Shown here: piece after piece, positions 50,642 through 64,000 of the stretch
Numbering within the stretch: position 1 is the stretch's first letter
Layout of the letters: each line of letters begins with the position of its first letter
DNA from: Malacoraja senta
Lineage: Eukaryota
Assembly (NCBI GenBank): GCA_038087875.1
Contig: CM075988.1
Span: 24,120,001-24,184,000 of the forward strand
Direction: 5' to 3'
DNA: 64,000 nt
Program-made: the position numbers and the translations under genes
Notes under the pieces: model-generated
Told to the model about the DNA's origin: nothing
Database searches by the model: none
The model's input: only the letters and a program-made list of their open reading frames with translations

Positions 50642-53600
50642 CCCATGTCATTGCAAAGTTATCCCATTCTGATCTGAGATACTGCCTGTGCCTCTGAGGC
50701 AGAGAATTCCACAGACTCACCACTCTGTGTCAACATCGGCAGGGCATCAGAGTGGAGCCCAAACCTGCTCTGTGAGACGGCTGAGACAACAATCAGTCAC
50801 CAAGACACCAAAGCACCAGGTAATGGGAGAACATGGACAAGTCGAGCAGTGGGCAGGTGGCTACAAGGAGAGGATGGCAATGAGTGATAGAGGAATCTGC
50901 CAGCATTAAGGCAACAGTGCATGATGCATCAAGCAAGGATTCGCCATGATATGGGTGTTCATAAGGTCATGTGATAAGAGCAGAACTAGGCCATTCGGCC
51001 CATCAAATCTACACCACCATTCAATCATGGCTGATCTATCTCTCCCTCCTAATCCCATTCTCCTGCTTTCTCCCCATAACAATGGACACCAAGGTTAAGT
51101 ATTGCTCCTTTGACAGTTCCCTCCTGCACTTACACTGAATACCGTTTTAAACCCCTTGCTCATCTCTGCACAAACAGCATAATTTTCAAAAAGCCAATTG
51201 CCGAGCAAATAGTCGATGGCCCAATCCCAACCTGAAAGGTCACCAGTTACTTTTTCCCCCAGAGATGCTGCCTGCCCCGCTGAGTTACTCCAGCATTTAA
51301 GGCCATAAGGAATAGGAGTAGAATTAAGCCATTCGGCCCATCGTCTACTCCGCCATTCAAGCATGGCTGATCTATCTCTCCCTCCTAACCCCATTCTCCT
51401 GCCTTCTCCCCATAACCTCTGACACCTGGACTAATCAAGAATCTATCTATCTCTGCCTTAAATATATCCACCGACTTGGCCTCCGCACCCTTCTGTGGCA
51501 AAGAATTCCACAGATTCACCACCCTCTGCCTAAAGAGATTCCTTTTCATCTCCTTCTTAAAGGTACATCCTTTTATTCTGAGGCTACAACCTCTGGTCCC
51601 AGACTCTCCCACTAATGGAAACATCCTCTCCACATCCACTCTCTTCAGGCCTTTCACTATTCCCGCCCCCCCCCCTCCCCCCACTCATCCTTCTAAACTG
51701 CAGCGAGTGGAGGTTCCGTGCCATCAAATGGCCATCATACGTTAGTTAACCCACTCATCCTGGGTACTGGCAACTTGAACCCCTTGCATCGAGAACTCAG
51801 AAACAAGAACTCTGAAGCTAGTGATTCAGAGCAGTTTCCGCCCACTGGTTCTGACTGCCTGGGATAGTAAAGCACATAGTTAGAGTGTTTAAACACGGGA
51901 AGATTATACATCATTACTACTTCACCTGACAGCTGATTATTATGGCACTAATTATTGCACTTTAAAATGAATCAAACATGCAGATGCACTGATGCTGGCG
52001 AGTCAAGTCTGTTCAGCCTCATGAGTGACGCCATGCTGGGCCGTCGAAGACTTCTCCCTCTTGGCTGCGTTAATCCATCGGTCTCCCACTTGTCTGGCGC
52101 TGATAAAAGACGTCTGCGTCCCCCACCCTACCCTGGGTGTTCCCAGCCTCTGGGTGACAATTCCACAGGTGTGGCCGCTCCGCCCAAACAAACGTCAACA
52201 TCGGCGGGGCATCAGAGCCGAGCCCAAACTTGCTCTCGCCCAGAGTCCATGAGGCTACCACGCATCCTTGCCAACCGGGAATGTGGCTGCTCGCTTCTCC
52301 TTGCCAGTCTCAGCGCAGACTCCCAGCCCTTGCCCAAGGTCAGCAGGCACAGTGTGTAGGAAAGAACTGCAGAGAAGTTCACAAGTGATAGGAGGAGAAT
52401 TAGGCCATTTTGGCCCATCAAGTCTACTCCGCCAACCAATCGTGGCTGATCTATCTTTCCCTCTTAGCCCCCTTCTCCCCACAACCCATACTAACCAAGA
52501 ATCTATCTATCTCCGCTGTAAATAATATCCCATGACTTGACCTCCACTGCCTTGTGTGCGGGTGTACACCGAAGATAGAGTCTGAAGAAGGGTTGTGACC
52601 CAAAACATCACCTACTCCTTTTCTCCAGAGATGCTGCCTGATCTGCTGAGTTACTCCAGCATTTTGTGTCTGTCCCCAACAACCACAGACCAGCTAATGG
52701 ACTACCTGGGTGTGCATGCCAGCAATACTGGGTCAAATGGCCGTCTCCAGACTCCGCCATCATTTATTTAATAAGACGATGACCGATCCTGTGTGCCTGA
52801 TCCACTTGTCCACCTCATCCCCATAGAAGATTCCCTTAAGCATCCTAAACTAATCAACTCTGGCTCAATGATGGAGCAATCCACCTACATCGGGACTCCC
52901 CCAACATCGGGAACATTTTTCCTGCATCCAGACTGTCCAATCCCATAATAATTTTACATGTTTCTTTAAGGTCGCCTCTCATCCTTCTAAATTCCATTGA
53001 ATGCAATACAAGCCCAGTCGTATAGTTCCCTTCAATATTACATTTGTGGAATGGAGGGAAATGTTGGCAGTGAAGAAATTGACTGAGCAACAGGAGATAG
53101 GAATGGATGGTGGGCAGGCACTCAAATTGGCAGTGGGTGACCAACACGGAGGCCCAACGCAAATTGGAGGAACAGCACCTCATATTTTTCTTGGGTAGCT
53201 GACAACCCAGCAGTATGATTCCTCCATCTTCAAGTAACCCCTGCACCCTCTCTCTCCGTCCCTCCAACACCCTAGTAGTTGTACGAGTTTCTCTTGTCGC
53301 CCAGCTGAGTTTCAGTGTTTGTATAACTCATTACAACCTTGCCCAATGCAAAAAAACAGACCAATTTTTAGAGAGACTGATGCAGCGCGGAAACTAGGCC
53401 CTACCGGTAACCCTCATGATGTGTGGAACTCCACACGTTTACACTTCAGAATTTGAAACGCACACTGCAATTTAGATGCAGGGGGGAAGATCTCCTGCCA
53501 CTGGACTCGTACCACTCATCGACACACAGCATGGTCTGCAGCATCTAAATCAGAGGCTACAGGACAAGGTTGCACCTCACTCGGCAGCGGCATCTAGCCC

Positions 53601-55385
53601 GTCATTAATAATTTAATCCGTGCCAAACAGAACATTCACGTGACCCCCGCTTCATATCCGCGGGCAAGATCAAAAGGCTGCCACCAATGCAAAAACACTG
53701 ATCACTGCATCATTAGTTATTTAGGTTGCTCACAGAGTAAATCTATTTTATTGCGGCTCGTGCCAGTTCGCTGCCAGTCTCAGAGGCATCAAGGGATGTG
53801 CGAGGAGTGCAGATCAGGAGTGGGAATATATCAAATGTACATCGGTAGCAGGAAACATGTTCCGCGTGTCGGGCGAGTCTGGAACCAAGGGGTCACAGTT
53901 TAAGAATAAAGGGTAGGCCATTTGGGACGGAGATGAGGAAAAACGTTTTCACCCGGTGAGCTGTGAATCTGTGGAATTCTCTGCCACTGAAGGCAGTGGA
54001 GGCCAATTCACTAGGATGTTTTCAAGAGAGAGTCAGATTTAGCTCTTAGGGCTAACGGAATCAAGGGATATGGGGGGAAAAGCAGGAACGGGGTAGTGAA
54101 TTTGGATGATCAGCCTTGATCATATTGAATGGCGGTGCAGGCTCGAAGTGCCGAAAGGCCTACTCCTGCACCTGTTTCTATAAAGGAACATGTTAGAGAT
54201 TTGGCTTTGATCATATTGAATGGCGGTGCAGGCTCGAAGGGCTGCTTCGGGCCTGCACTTATTTTCTATGTTTCCACTCCCCACTCCACAAAAAGTCCAT
54301 AACTGATCTGGAACAATGCAGAGACCCCACTGGCGAGGTTTAGTGTAGTTTAGAGATACAGCGCGGAAACAGGCCCATCGGCCCATCTAGTCCGCACCGA
54401 CCAGTCATCCCCGAACATCAACACTATCCTACACACGCGAGGGACAATTTACATTGATACCATGCCAATCAACCTGCACGCCTTTGGAGTGTGGGAGGAA
54501 ACCGAAGAGAAACCGAAGATCTCGGACAAAACCCACCTGGTCACGGGGAGGACGCGCAAACTCCGCGCACAGCACCCTTGGTCAGGATCGAACCCGGGTC
54601 ACCGGCGCTGCTACCACCGTAAGGCGGCAACTCTACCGCTGCGTCACCGTGGCCGAAACCACAAACCAAACTACAGCACTGAATCAAATCTCTGCCTATG
54701 TAGACATTATGCAACCAATTAGAAATGCAATCAACTCTGACTTTGTGCTGTTTCTCAGGACTGGGAAATAGTTGCAGATCCCATGACAAGTGGAGACTTA
54801 CCTCCCCTCTTGTAGAACGTGTAGTATTCCCCCCTCCGGGATGAATGGCCGAATAAACAGTTAAAATGCAAGAGTGTATAGGAAGGAACTGCAGGTGCTG
54901 GTTAAAACCGAAGGTAGACACAAAATGCTGGAGTAACTCAGCGGGCGAGGCAGCATCTCTGGAGAGAAGGAATGGGCGGCGTTTCGGGTCGAGACCCTTC
55001 CCTGTGTTTAATAAATCTGTGTAATAAAGGCATGCGCCATTTAGGACACGCATGGCCAAGTTTCTTAACATGATTCTTGCGCGCATTAATCCAAATATCG
55101 CTACAGTGAAAACCCAAATTAAAACTTGGCAAGACTTAAGCCAAGTCAGAATTCTCCTCCTGAAGTTTTGTTTCAACTCACATTCGGAGTCTGCTTCAAT
55201 CCTTACTCTGACAGTGCCCTTACTGTTAAAGTTCACTCATAGAAAACACAACACATTAGTCAAACATCATCAGGAGCATTGATCACTTATTACATGATCA
55301 CATTGAATGGCGGTGCTGGCTCGAAGGGCCGAATGGCCTACTCCTGCACGTATTGTCTATTACGCATGCGGGGGTGGGAGACTTA

Positions 55386-55592
55386 AGGGCCTGTCCCACT
55401 TGCTGATTTTTTCGGCGACTGCCGGCATCATATCAGTGTCGCCAAAAGATTTTGAACATTTCAAAATCCAGCCGCGACAAAAAAAGTTGCGACACTTGAA
55501 AAAACACCGCGCGTCAATACGTCATCACTCTGACCCGATACGTCAGTCAATGATGCCGGCAGTCGCCGAAAATCGCCATGTGGTAAGGTGCC
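55386..55592. mobile_element. Harbinger-type MITE with a decayed right tip
   Basis: TTA-AGGGCCTGTCCCAC; subterminal TTTTCGGCGACTGCCGGCATCAT is inverted at about 55550-55572. Confidence 0.7.
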
Positions 55593-56065
55593 ATACAAAT
55601 GCAAGGAGTCTCCTTCCTGTGTCTAAGCCCACGTGGATTCTGCACTTGACAATATTGTGAATGCAACCGTCATTCTGTCAAAGGATACAATAAGCTTATT
55701 TCTACCTGCTCAGATTTTCATGAACAATCTAACGGAGAGATAAAGAATACAAATTTGAAACGAGTATCCCCGCACACCTGAGGGAATTTGAAGCACTATC
55801 CCTCTCCAAAACGTGCGCCAAACTGGAACTTGAATAAACAACATTCAGCACACAGTTAACAGCTCATTGTAGGAGTACAATATGCACATATACAACGCAT
55901 CACAGGAGCCTTGTTTACCTCGATAATCCAGCCTCTGGGGACAGTTTATATTATAACACACCTGTCCTTCCACAGTGCATTAACCAAACGCAGCAGAGAG
56001 GAACTGAACATTTCTATTGGATAGACAGAAAAGATCTCGTTTCAAATGACTTAAGGGCCTGTTGT

Positions 56066-56363
56066 TCCAGACTCAGGAACAGCTTCATCCCCAGAGCTAT
56101 AGCTGTTCTGAACCGGCCCTGCTGAGTGCCCCCCCCCCCCCCCCACGTGAAGTGTCTCCCTCGGATGGTCACGTTGCACATCAACCCGGCACAGACACAT
56201 CTGAACTTTAGACTGCTTTACTGTTTTATTTAAATAAATCATGTTTCTCGGGGTATCTAAATTTTATTCGTTGTTTAAGTGATGACATCGGATGGAAGCT
56301 GCGTACCAAATCTGGTGGCACCTATGTGCAATGACAATAAAATATATTATTATTATTATTATT
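56066..56363 (+). mobile_element. Rex1-like LINE 3' tip
   Basis: RLRNSFIPRAIAVLN*, then a UTR ending TGACAATAAA and an (ATT)n tail. Confidence 0.6.
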
Positions 56364-56922
56364 AAATCCAGCAGCGACCAGAAAAAGGGACGACTCTTTG
56401 GGCGACTACTCTTGACCATACAGGCTTCACCCCGCGAGGTGTATGGACCAAAGTGAGACTAGTGTAGATGGGGCCATGTTGGTTGGTGTGGGCAAGTTGG
56501 GCCTGATTCTACGCTGTACGACTCGCCTAACGCATGAGAAACGCTGCCACAAGGTCACAGACTTAAAGGGAGAGACAGAATAATGTTTTCTAATTGATTG
56601 AGTGGACACTTCACACTAATTAACACATGGAAATAAAATGTGAACTACAGCACACGAACGGGCAAGTTGTCCAAAGTCATTTGTCAAACTTTGTGCACAC
56701 AGGGCTTCTCAGCTGTTCTATTGATGCAGTGCAGAGTCAGTAGTATACTACCGTGCTGACTGCATCTCCTCAGCAGAAACAAGGCCCAAGCACACAACGG
56801 TGGCACAGCGGTGGAGTTGCTGCATCACAGCGCCAGAGACCCAGGTTCCATCCCGACCATGGGTGCCGTCTGCACTAGAGTTTGTGGAACAGATTAATGG
56901 AAACTATCTTGATTCGTCCGGG

Positions 56923-57051
56923 CAGTGGCGGACTGGGTCTAAAAATATTGGTTGCCAGGAGACAAAGGGGGCCCACTTGATATAGGGGGCCCACTTCATC
57001 AGGGGCCCACTTGCCATCGGGCAAGCTGACACCCTGGTCAGTCCGCCACTG
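56923..57051. mobile_element. 129-bp MITE, probably hAT-like
   Basis: Perfect 13-bp TIR CAGTGGCGGACTG / CAGTCCGCCACTG, three internal GGGGCCCACTT repeats, no 8-bp TSD. Confidence 0.65.
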
Positions 57052-60000
57052 GGGAGAAGGCAGGAGAATGGGGTTGAGAATTAGGGGTAAGCCATTTAGA
57101 ACGGAGACGAGGAAACACTTTTTCTCACAGAGAGTTGCGAGTCTGCGGAATTCTCTGCCTCAGAGGGCGGTGGAGGCAGGTTCTCTGGATGCTTTCAAGA
57201 GAGAGCTAGATAGGGCTCTTAAAGATAGTGGAGTCAGGGGATATGGGGAGAAGGCAGGAACTGGGTACTGATTGGGGATGATCAGCCATGATCACATTGA
57301 ATGGTGGTGCTGGCTCGAAGGGCCGAATGGCCTCCTCCGGCGCCTATTGTCTATTGAGAGGGAAAGATAGATCGACCATGTTAGAATGGCGGGGTGGACC
57401 GAATTGTCTAATTCTGCTCCCATCACTAAAAGAGAAAAAAAAAGGATAACAGTCTAACTGCAGAGAGGACCTCTTATGCTCAAGAATATTTACACTGGTG
57501 GCTATCCTCCTAAAGTTAGTGAGGACACAGCTTATGACAACTGCACTCTGCAGGGACCTGTACAGTAAAGAGCCACCGGTCTGTCAGAGGGATGAAGCTC
57601 AAGTCAAGTAGAAAGTCAGCGCTTCAGAGAAATCACATTGTAACCAGATTGAAAACATTGCCTTTTAACGAGCCCTTTCTGTTGTTGTGACAGCCAATCT
57701 AGCCCTCAGAAGCCAGAAAAACCCAGTCAAAGAGAGGCCTTGGGAAATTCAACTCTGCTCACCCAATTACACTAGCTACCAGAAGTGATCAAAACCATTT
57801 GACATGTCGGCAGTTCAGAATGATCACCAAACATCACTAGTTTGTGCAACTAGCTGTCGACACACAAAACAAAGGTAACACTTGATCCAACACTTGTTGA
57901 TACTGTCGACACTTCGTATTCTACTCCAGATTGACCCCAATGCTATCACCAGCATCATACTTGCACCACTGTTGACATATGGCAGAAAACCTCACCCCAC
58001 TGGTGCTTCTTTCTCCAATAGAGCATCTTTAACATTGAATAAAATGACAAGGTTAAAAATACAAGCTAGCTAGTTTAGAGATACAGCACAGAAACAGACC
58101 CTTTGGCACACCGAGTCCGTGCCAACCAGCGACCCCCCCCCCCACCCCTACACCATCACTACCCTACACACTAGGGACGATTTACTATTTTTACAGAGGC
58201 CAAATTAACCTGCAAACTTGTATGTCTTTGGAGTGTGGGAGGAAACCGGAGAAAACCCACATGGCCACGGGTAGAACGTACAAACTCCGTACAGACAGCA
58301 CCTGTAGTCATGATCAAATCCAGGTCTCTGCCGCTGTGAGGCAGCAACTCTACCGCTGCGCCACCCTGCAGCCTTATTTCTGTACCAATTAGTGAAAATG
58401 TTTGCGATTTTAAATTAAACTTCCATCTGCATTTGAAGCATTTAAAATAACAATTGGTCGAACTCAAAGTGCTGCAAGGATATTTCTACAATTAAATCAA
58501 TTTAACAAATCTTAACTGAGTTACATGGATCAATATCTACAGTTTTCCAAATGGCAAGTCTGCAAGAAGCTATTTTTCTACATAATTAAACAAATTGAGT
58601 TCTCTATTAATTCCAAAAGGTAATGGAAGATGGATGGGACCTTTTCTCTGCATTAATGATGATTGGTGGAGGAATATTTTGTCGTCTACACTTTTCTAAA
58701 ATTTCTATTGTTTATTTCCTCAAATTCGGTTGCAAAATGATCTACATGTTGTAGAGGTGTTCAAGCTGTGTGCCGTCATAGATGTGCTGTCTGCTACTCT
58801 GGGACTAAGTGCTGACAAGAAATGAAAGTTACGGAATTAGATTACACACCCCGTCGCCTCGCAAGGGAACTCGAGTCTAGCTGAAGGTGCTTCCGTCAAG
58901 AAGAGGGATGCTTGCGTTGCATCGAACGTCAGCACTGGTTCATGGCTGAGCAGAGAATGAGAATGCCATTGCTATAATGATCCCCAAAGGACAGGTGATC
59001 AATTGAAGGCAGACTCTGGTCGTACACCAGCGCACCCTTTGCCAAAATCAAAGTGATAACTGTTCCTTTGCATGAGGGAATCCAGCAATTTTCCACCATG
59101 CAATGCCTGGCAAAATGGCCACAGCCATAACAATCCACACTTGAATTCTTCATTTAAAAAGCACCATACTGCTTTCAGAGCAATCAGATGGCAAGCTCGC
59201 TAGTTATTTAAATCGTGACGGGTTTAAGGTTTAATTAAGCTGCACATTACCTATTTCCAAACACAGCTTTATTGATTTTTATTGAACATTCAAAATTAAA
59301 ACCTCATTTCTCTCGGATCTGATGGGGTTGGGGTAATTTTCCCAAACCTCAGGAGATGTGCCACATATCCCAGAGTTAGACAGACAGCTAATACCACACA
59401 CACAGCAAAGCGCTGACTTGGAAAAAGTTGTATGTGTAGGAAGGAACTGTAGACGCTGGTTTAAACCAAAGACAGACACAGAAAGCTGGTGCAATTCAAC
59501 GGGTCGGGCAGCATCTCTGGAGAAAAGGAATAGGTGACATTTCGGGTGGAGACCCTTCTTCAGATTAAGAGTCAGGGAGAGTTATGGAAAGTTAATGGGA
59601 ATCAGTCCACCCTTGTTTAACCTGACAATTAACTGGCTGATTACAATAAGAGTAAAAGTCACATCCGTGTTGATTTCCACATCTCATGTCCACACCCAGA
59701 GTGGAACCTGAACAGCGAGAGTGAGCTGTATTGTGCCTTCACCAACGAATGACCTCATCTCTATTTAAATTATTATCCTGCAACTTCCTTGTCCCTTTTG
59801 GGAATTTTGATTGAGTCAGCTTCATCTAGAACATAAATCAGACATATTCAATTGTACCAAAGCCCCATATCAAACCATTCACCGCCACAAGAACGTACAA
59901 ACTCCGTACAGACAAGCACCCATAGTCAGGATCGAACCCGGGTCTCTGGCGCTGTAAGGCAGCTGCTCTACCGCTGCGCCACCATGCATGTTATTTTGCA

Positions 60001-63000
60001 GTTTGCTGTTGTTGCCCTGATTCTGTGTTAACAACCTCGCCATAGTAGAGGAAATCGGACCAGTTCTATAGCGTTGCTATCGGCTGGGAAGGCGGATGAA
60101 GGCTGCAGCAGAGAAGGGTCCCCGGTCGTCTTGGACTCCATGCCACTGGATCCTGACCCAGATCTGTCAAGGACCGTGGGGTGGCTGTCTGTGCACCAGT
60201 CTCCCCACGTTAAACAAAGTCACGCACAGGCGTCCTCCATGAGAGGACAGTCACACTCGTTTCGAGTGCCTGCCGATGATGAGCTGTAGTAGTTCAAGCA
60301 GGTAGCCCACTATCACCTTCTTAATGCCGAGTCAGAAGCTGCAGCTTCACTGAGATCATGACAAAGAAATGTAATACTTCTTCACCTTGGTCAGTCAGAT
60401 CAGCATGGTGGCGCAGCGGTAGAGTTGCTGCCTTACAGCCCCAGAGACCCGGGGTCAATCCCGACTACGGGTGCTGTCTGTACGGAGTTTGCACGTTCTC
60501 CCCGTGACCTGCGTGGGTTTTCTCCGGGATCTACGGTTTCCGCCCACACTCCAAAGACGTACAGGTTTGTAGGTTAATTGGCTTGGAGTAATTGTAAATT
60601 GTCCCTGGTGTGTACAGGATAGCGTTAGTGTGCAGGGATCGCTGGTCGGTGCGGACTCGGTGGGGCGAAGTGCCCGTTACCACGCTGCGTGTCTAAACTA
60701 AAAACTAAACAACTCAGTTGTCCAATTGGAATAGTGTGACATTTAATAGATTAAAAAGAACCAAAGGCCCAAGCAGAACTATTGGAAATAGACACAAAGT
60801 GCTGGAGCAACTCAGCGGGTCAGGAGGCATCTCTGGAGAAAAAAGGATGGGTGACATTTCAGGTCGGAACCCTTCTTCAGACTGAAAGTAAAAGGGGATG
60901 GAACTGGTGGTAGGAAAAGGCCAGAACAAATCTGGGCCAGCGACAGATGACCCAAGGAAGGGTGGAGCCCACAATGGGCAGAACTGTTGGGTCTTGGCCA
61001 CTAAACCTTCATCCTGATTCACTGTCAAAGGGTAATGCCAACCTACTTTCCGCCCAATATCCTCCAGCGCACTCCATGAAGGGCTCAGAAAATTCATTGT
61101 GAAAACCACACAGCCATTTGATTTTATTATATTAATAGTCTGTCCAGTTGGATATGTGGGATTTATTCGAATGCATTTAACAAGGGATTCAATTGTTGAC
61201 GGGGCATATACATGTGAATCTCGGCACGCAGGCCTAAGGCAAGATAAAACAGGATTTTGTCCATTCAAACTCAGTGCATCTTCTCTGATGTTATCTATCC
61301 CATCAAAGCCGAATCTCTAACATGTTCCTTTATAGAAACAGGTGCAGAAGTAGGCCGTTCGGCCCTTCGAGCCAGCACCGCCATTCAAATATGATCATGG
61401 CTGATCATCTAAAATCAGTACCCCATTCCTGCTTTTTCCCCCCATATCCCTCAAGTCCGTTCGCCCCAAGAGATAAATCTAACTCTCGCTTGAAAACATC
61501 CAGTGAATTGGCCTCCACTAACTTCTGTGGCAGAGAATTCCACGGATTCACAACTCTCTGGGTGAAAAAGTTTTTCCTCTTCTCAGTCCTAAATGGCCTA
61601 CCCCTTATTCTTAAACTGTGACCCCTGGTTCTAGACTCCAACACCGGGAACATTTTTCCTGCATCCAGACTGTCCAATCCCTTAATAATTTTACATGTTT
61701 CTTTAAGGTGTCCTCTCATCCTTCTAAATTCCATTGAATGCAATACAAGCCCAGTTGTATAGTTCCCTTCAATATTAAATTTGTGGAACGGAGGGAAATG
61801 TTGGCAGTGAAGAAATTGACTGAGCAACAGGAGATAGGAATGGATGGTGGGCAAGCACTCAAATTGGCAGTAGGTGACCAACATGGAGGCCCAACGCAAA
61901 TTGGAGGAACAGCACCTCATAGTTTGCTTGGGAAGCTGACAACCCAGCAATATGAATGTTGATTCCTCCATCTTCAAGTAACCCCTGCATCCTCTCTCTC
62001 CGTCCCTCCAACACCCTAGTTGTTGTACGAGTTTCTCTTGTTGCCCAGCTGAGTTTCAGTGTTTGTATAACTCATTATCACCTTGCCAAATGCCAACAAC
62101 AGACCAATTTTTAGAGACTCTGATGCAGCGCGGAAGCTAGGCCCTTCGGCCCAGCCGGGTCCACGCTGACCAACAATCCCTGAACGTTAACACATTCCTA
62201 CCCACTAGGGACAATTTGACATTTTTTACCAAGCCAATTAACCTGCAAACCTGCACGTCTTTGGAGTGTGGGAGGAAAGTGAAGATCTCGGAGAAAATCC
62301 ATGTGGTCACTGGGAGAACATACAAACTCCGTACAAACAAGCACCCGTAGTCGGGATCGAACCTGGGTCTCCGGCACTGCAAGCGCTGTAAGGGAGCGAC
62401 TCTACCGCTGCGCCACCGCGCCGCCCAATATGGGCCCCACCTTTCGTTCATCATCATTGGTGGCTTTGAGCTGCCTACAAGGAGATGAATTAATAGTCTC
62501 AACTGTCAACCATACGGATTGGCTGATGGGATAAAACACCACTTAAAGTCTCCTGATAGATATTAAAAGCAGGAGGTGTTAACTAACAAATATGAATAGA
62601 TTAGGAATGGTTACAATCTATACAGGCAAGTGCACAGTCACCTACTTTGGGGCAAAGATGAATAAAACAGAGTACTTTCTCAATGAGAAAATCTAGAGAC
62701 AGCAAAGGCCTTAGTCATCTTGCAGGCCCATTTACAGAAATGATTACAATTCTATGGGCAGGTTCATCAGTGATAGGAGCAGAATTAGGCCATTCGGTCC
62801 ATCAAGTCTACTCTCCCAACCCTCTCAAGCCCATTCTCCTGCCTTCTCCCCATAACCTCCGATCCCCGCCCCGTACCATTCAATCTCTGCCTTAAAGATA
62901 ACCATCGTCGTGTCCTCCACAGCCTTCTGTGGCAAAGAATACCACAGATCCACCATCGTCTGACTGAAGAAATTCCTCCTCATTGCAGACGCAGGAATTC

Positions 63001-64000
63001 GTCAGAAACATAATGCTCACCTGTCTATCTGCAGAACGGGAATGCAAAGGGATGGAACCTATGTTGTAACAGCACCAAGTTACCGTTGGACCACACCTGG
63101 AGTGCTGTGAGCAGTTTTGAGCACCACCCTAAAGCAATGATACATGTCTCAGATGGGGCGCAGCTGACATTTATTAAAAGGTCTCATTTTCAAGGAGACA
63201 TTAGAGACACGATGCTTGCATTCTCTGGAATGTACGAGATTAAGTAGTGATTAGCTAGAGGGTTTTCAAGTAACTGACAGCAGATGAAGGGGTGAGGAAT
63301 GTTTCTGTTAGGTGTGGAGCCTCAAACTAGAGGGGGGGGGGTAATTATAAAGAGGCCAGACATGAGGAAGCATCAACTCACAAGCCGCGGCAGAAATTTG
63401 AGACTCCTCCACACACTCCTGTTGAAATTGAAGAAGTGTTATCCTTCAGGTACAATTTACAATATCCATTTACAAGATAGCGGAGGAATACTGGATTATT
63501 TCTCGTCTGAACACCCAGCAATAAATAAATAAATATAGATGCTTAAAGCTGAATAAATTTCCGATAGCTTGTACAGAAATGAGTAGTCTAAAATCTGTAC
63601 TTAATCTAAGTGGCAAGAATTAACCTTGAAATAAATGGAGGGCCAATAGATTGTTGACATTAGGTTAATCGTTAATTTTATACCCAAAATTAATAGGCTT
63701 TTATTAACAAAATGGTATGGGGATGTGGTATCGTTCTGCTCCGATTTCACCGAATAGCAGATAAATGCTTCATTCCTGTTCCTATCTTTTAAATAAATTC
63801 ACCTCTCGCAAGTGTTGGGAGATCAATCTAACATTCCGCATTTGGAAACAGACGCCAGCCTAATTTTCCCCTGCAGTGCAGCGCGAAACATTGGGACCTG
63901 TTGTTGAAATGAAGTAGGAGACACTGATCTTTGGGGGGTGCCTCCCTTCTCCAGCCTAGTTGGAGCAATGGACCCATCCCAAGTTACCCTTCATTACTAA

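Noticed and set aside
56951..57012. CRISPR-like short repeat array (GGGGCCCACTT x3)
   Set aside because: Spacers are only a few bases, it lies inside a TIR element in eukaryotic DNA, and there are no cas genes.
60075..60290. GC-balanced segment resembling an RTE-type 5' UTR or structured RNA
   Set aside because: Single copy in the window, no TSD or tail identified and no ribozyme fold confirmed; needs a Dfam search.

Overview
Eukaryotic, repeat-dense genomic DNA. The repeat families (HE1/V-SINE-like tRNA-derived SINEs, CR1/HER1-like LINE 3' ends, Neptune-type Penelope-like elements) point to a cartilaginous fish; the species cannot be determined. The only host exon I can support is a 351-bp minus-strand exon (23614-23964) encoding the Ig V-set domain of nectin-1, so the window is probably all nectin1 introns 1 and 2. 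There is one 200-N gap. Main observations: (1) A 5'-truncated Penelope-like element with an intact RT-C-terminus/GIY-YIG ORF ends in a 3' repeat carrying a minimal hammerhead-ribozyme motif (CTGAAGA-A-stem-GAAAC-GTH). The same repeat occurs at roughly 40 loci (counted by eye), often as self-inverted fold-backs. (2) About ten PIF/Harbinger-type MITEs with mostly different interiors share a GGCCTGTCCCAC terminus and TAA/TTA target duplications; two sit at the identical site of the Penelope repeat. (3) Inverted CR1 tails tightly flank the stop-free, phase-1/1 nectin exon, a geometry that favours circRNA formation or exon skipping. (4) There are several local templated duplications. Repeat boundaries were read by eye and may be off by 10-20 bp unless a TSD or TIR is quoted.
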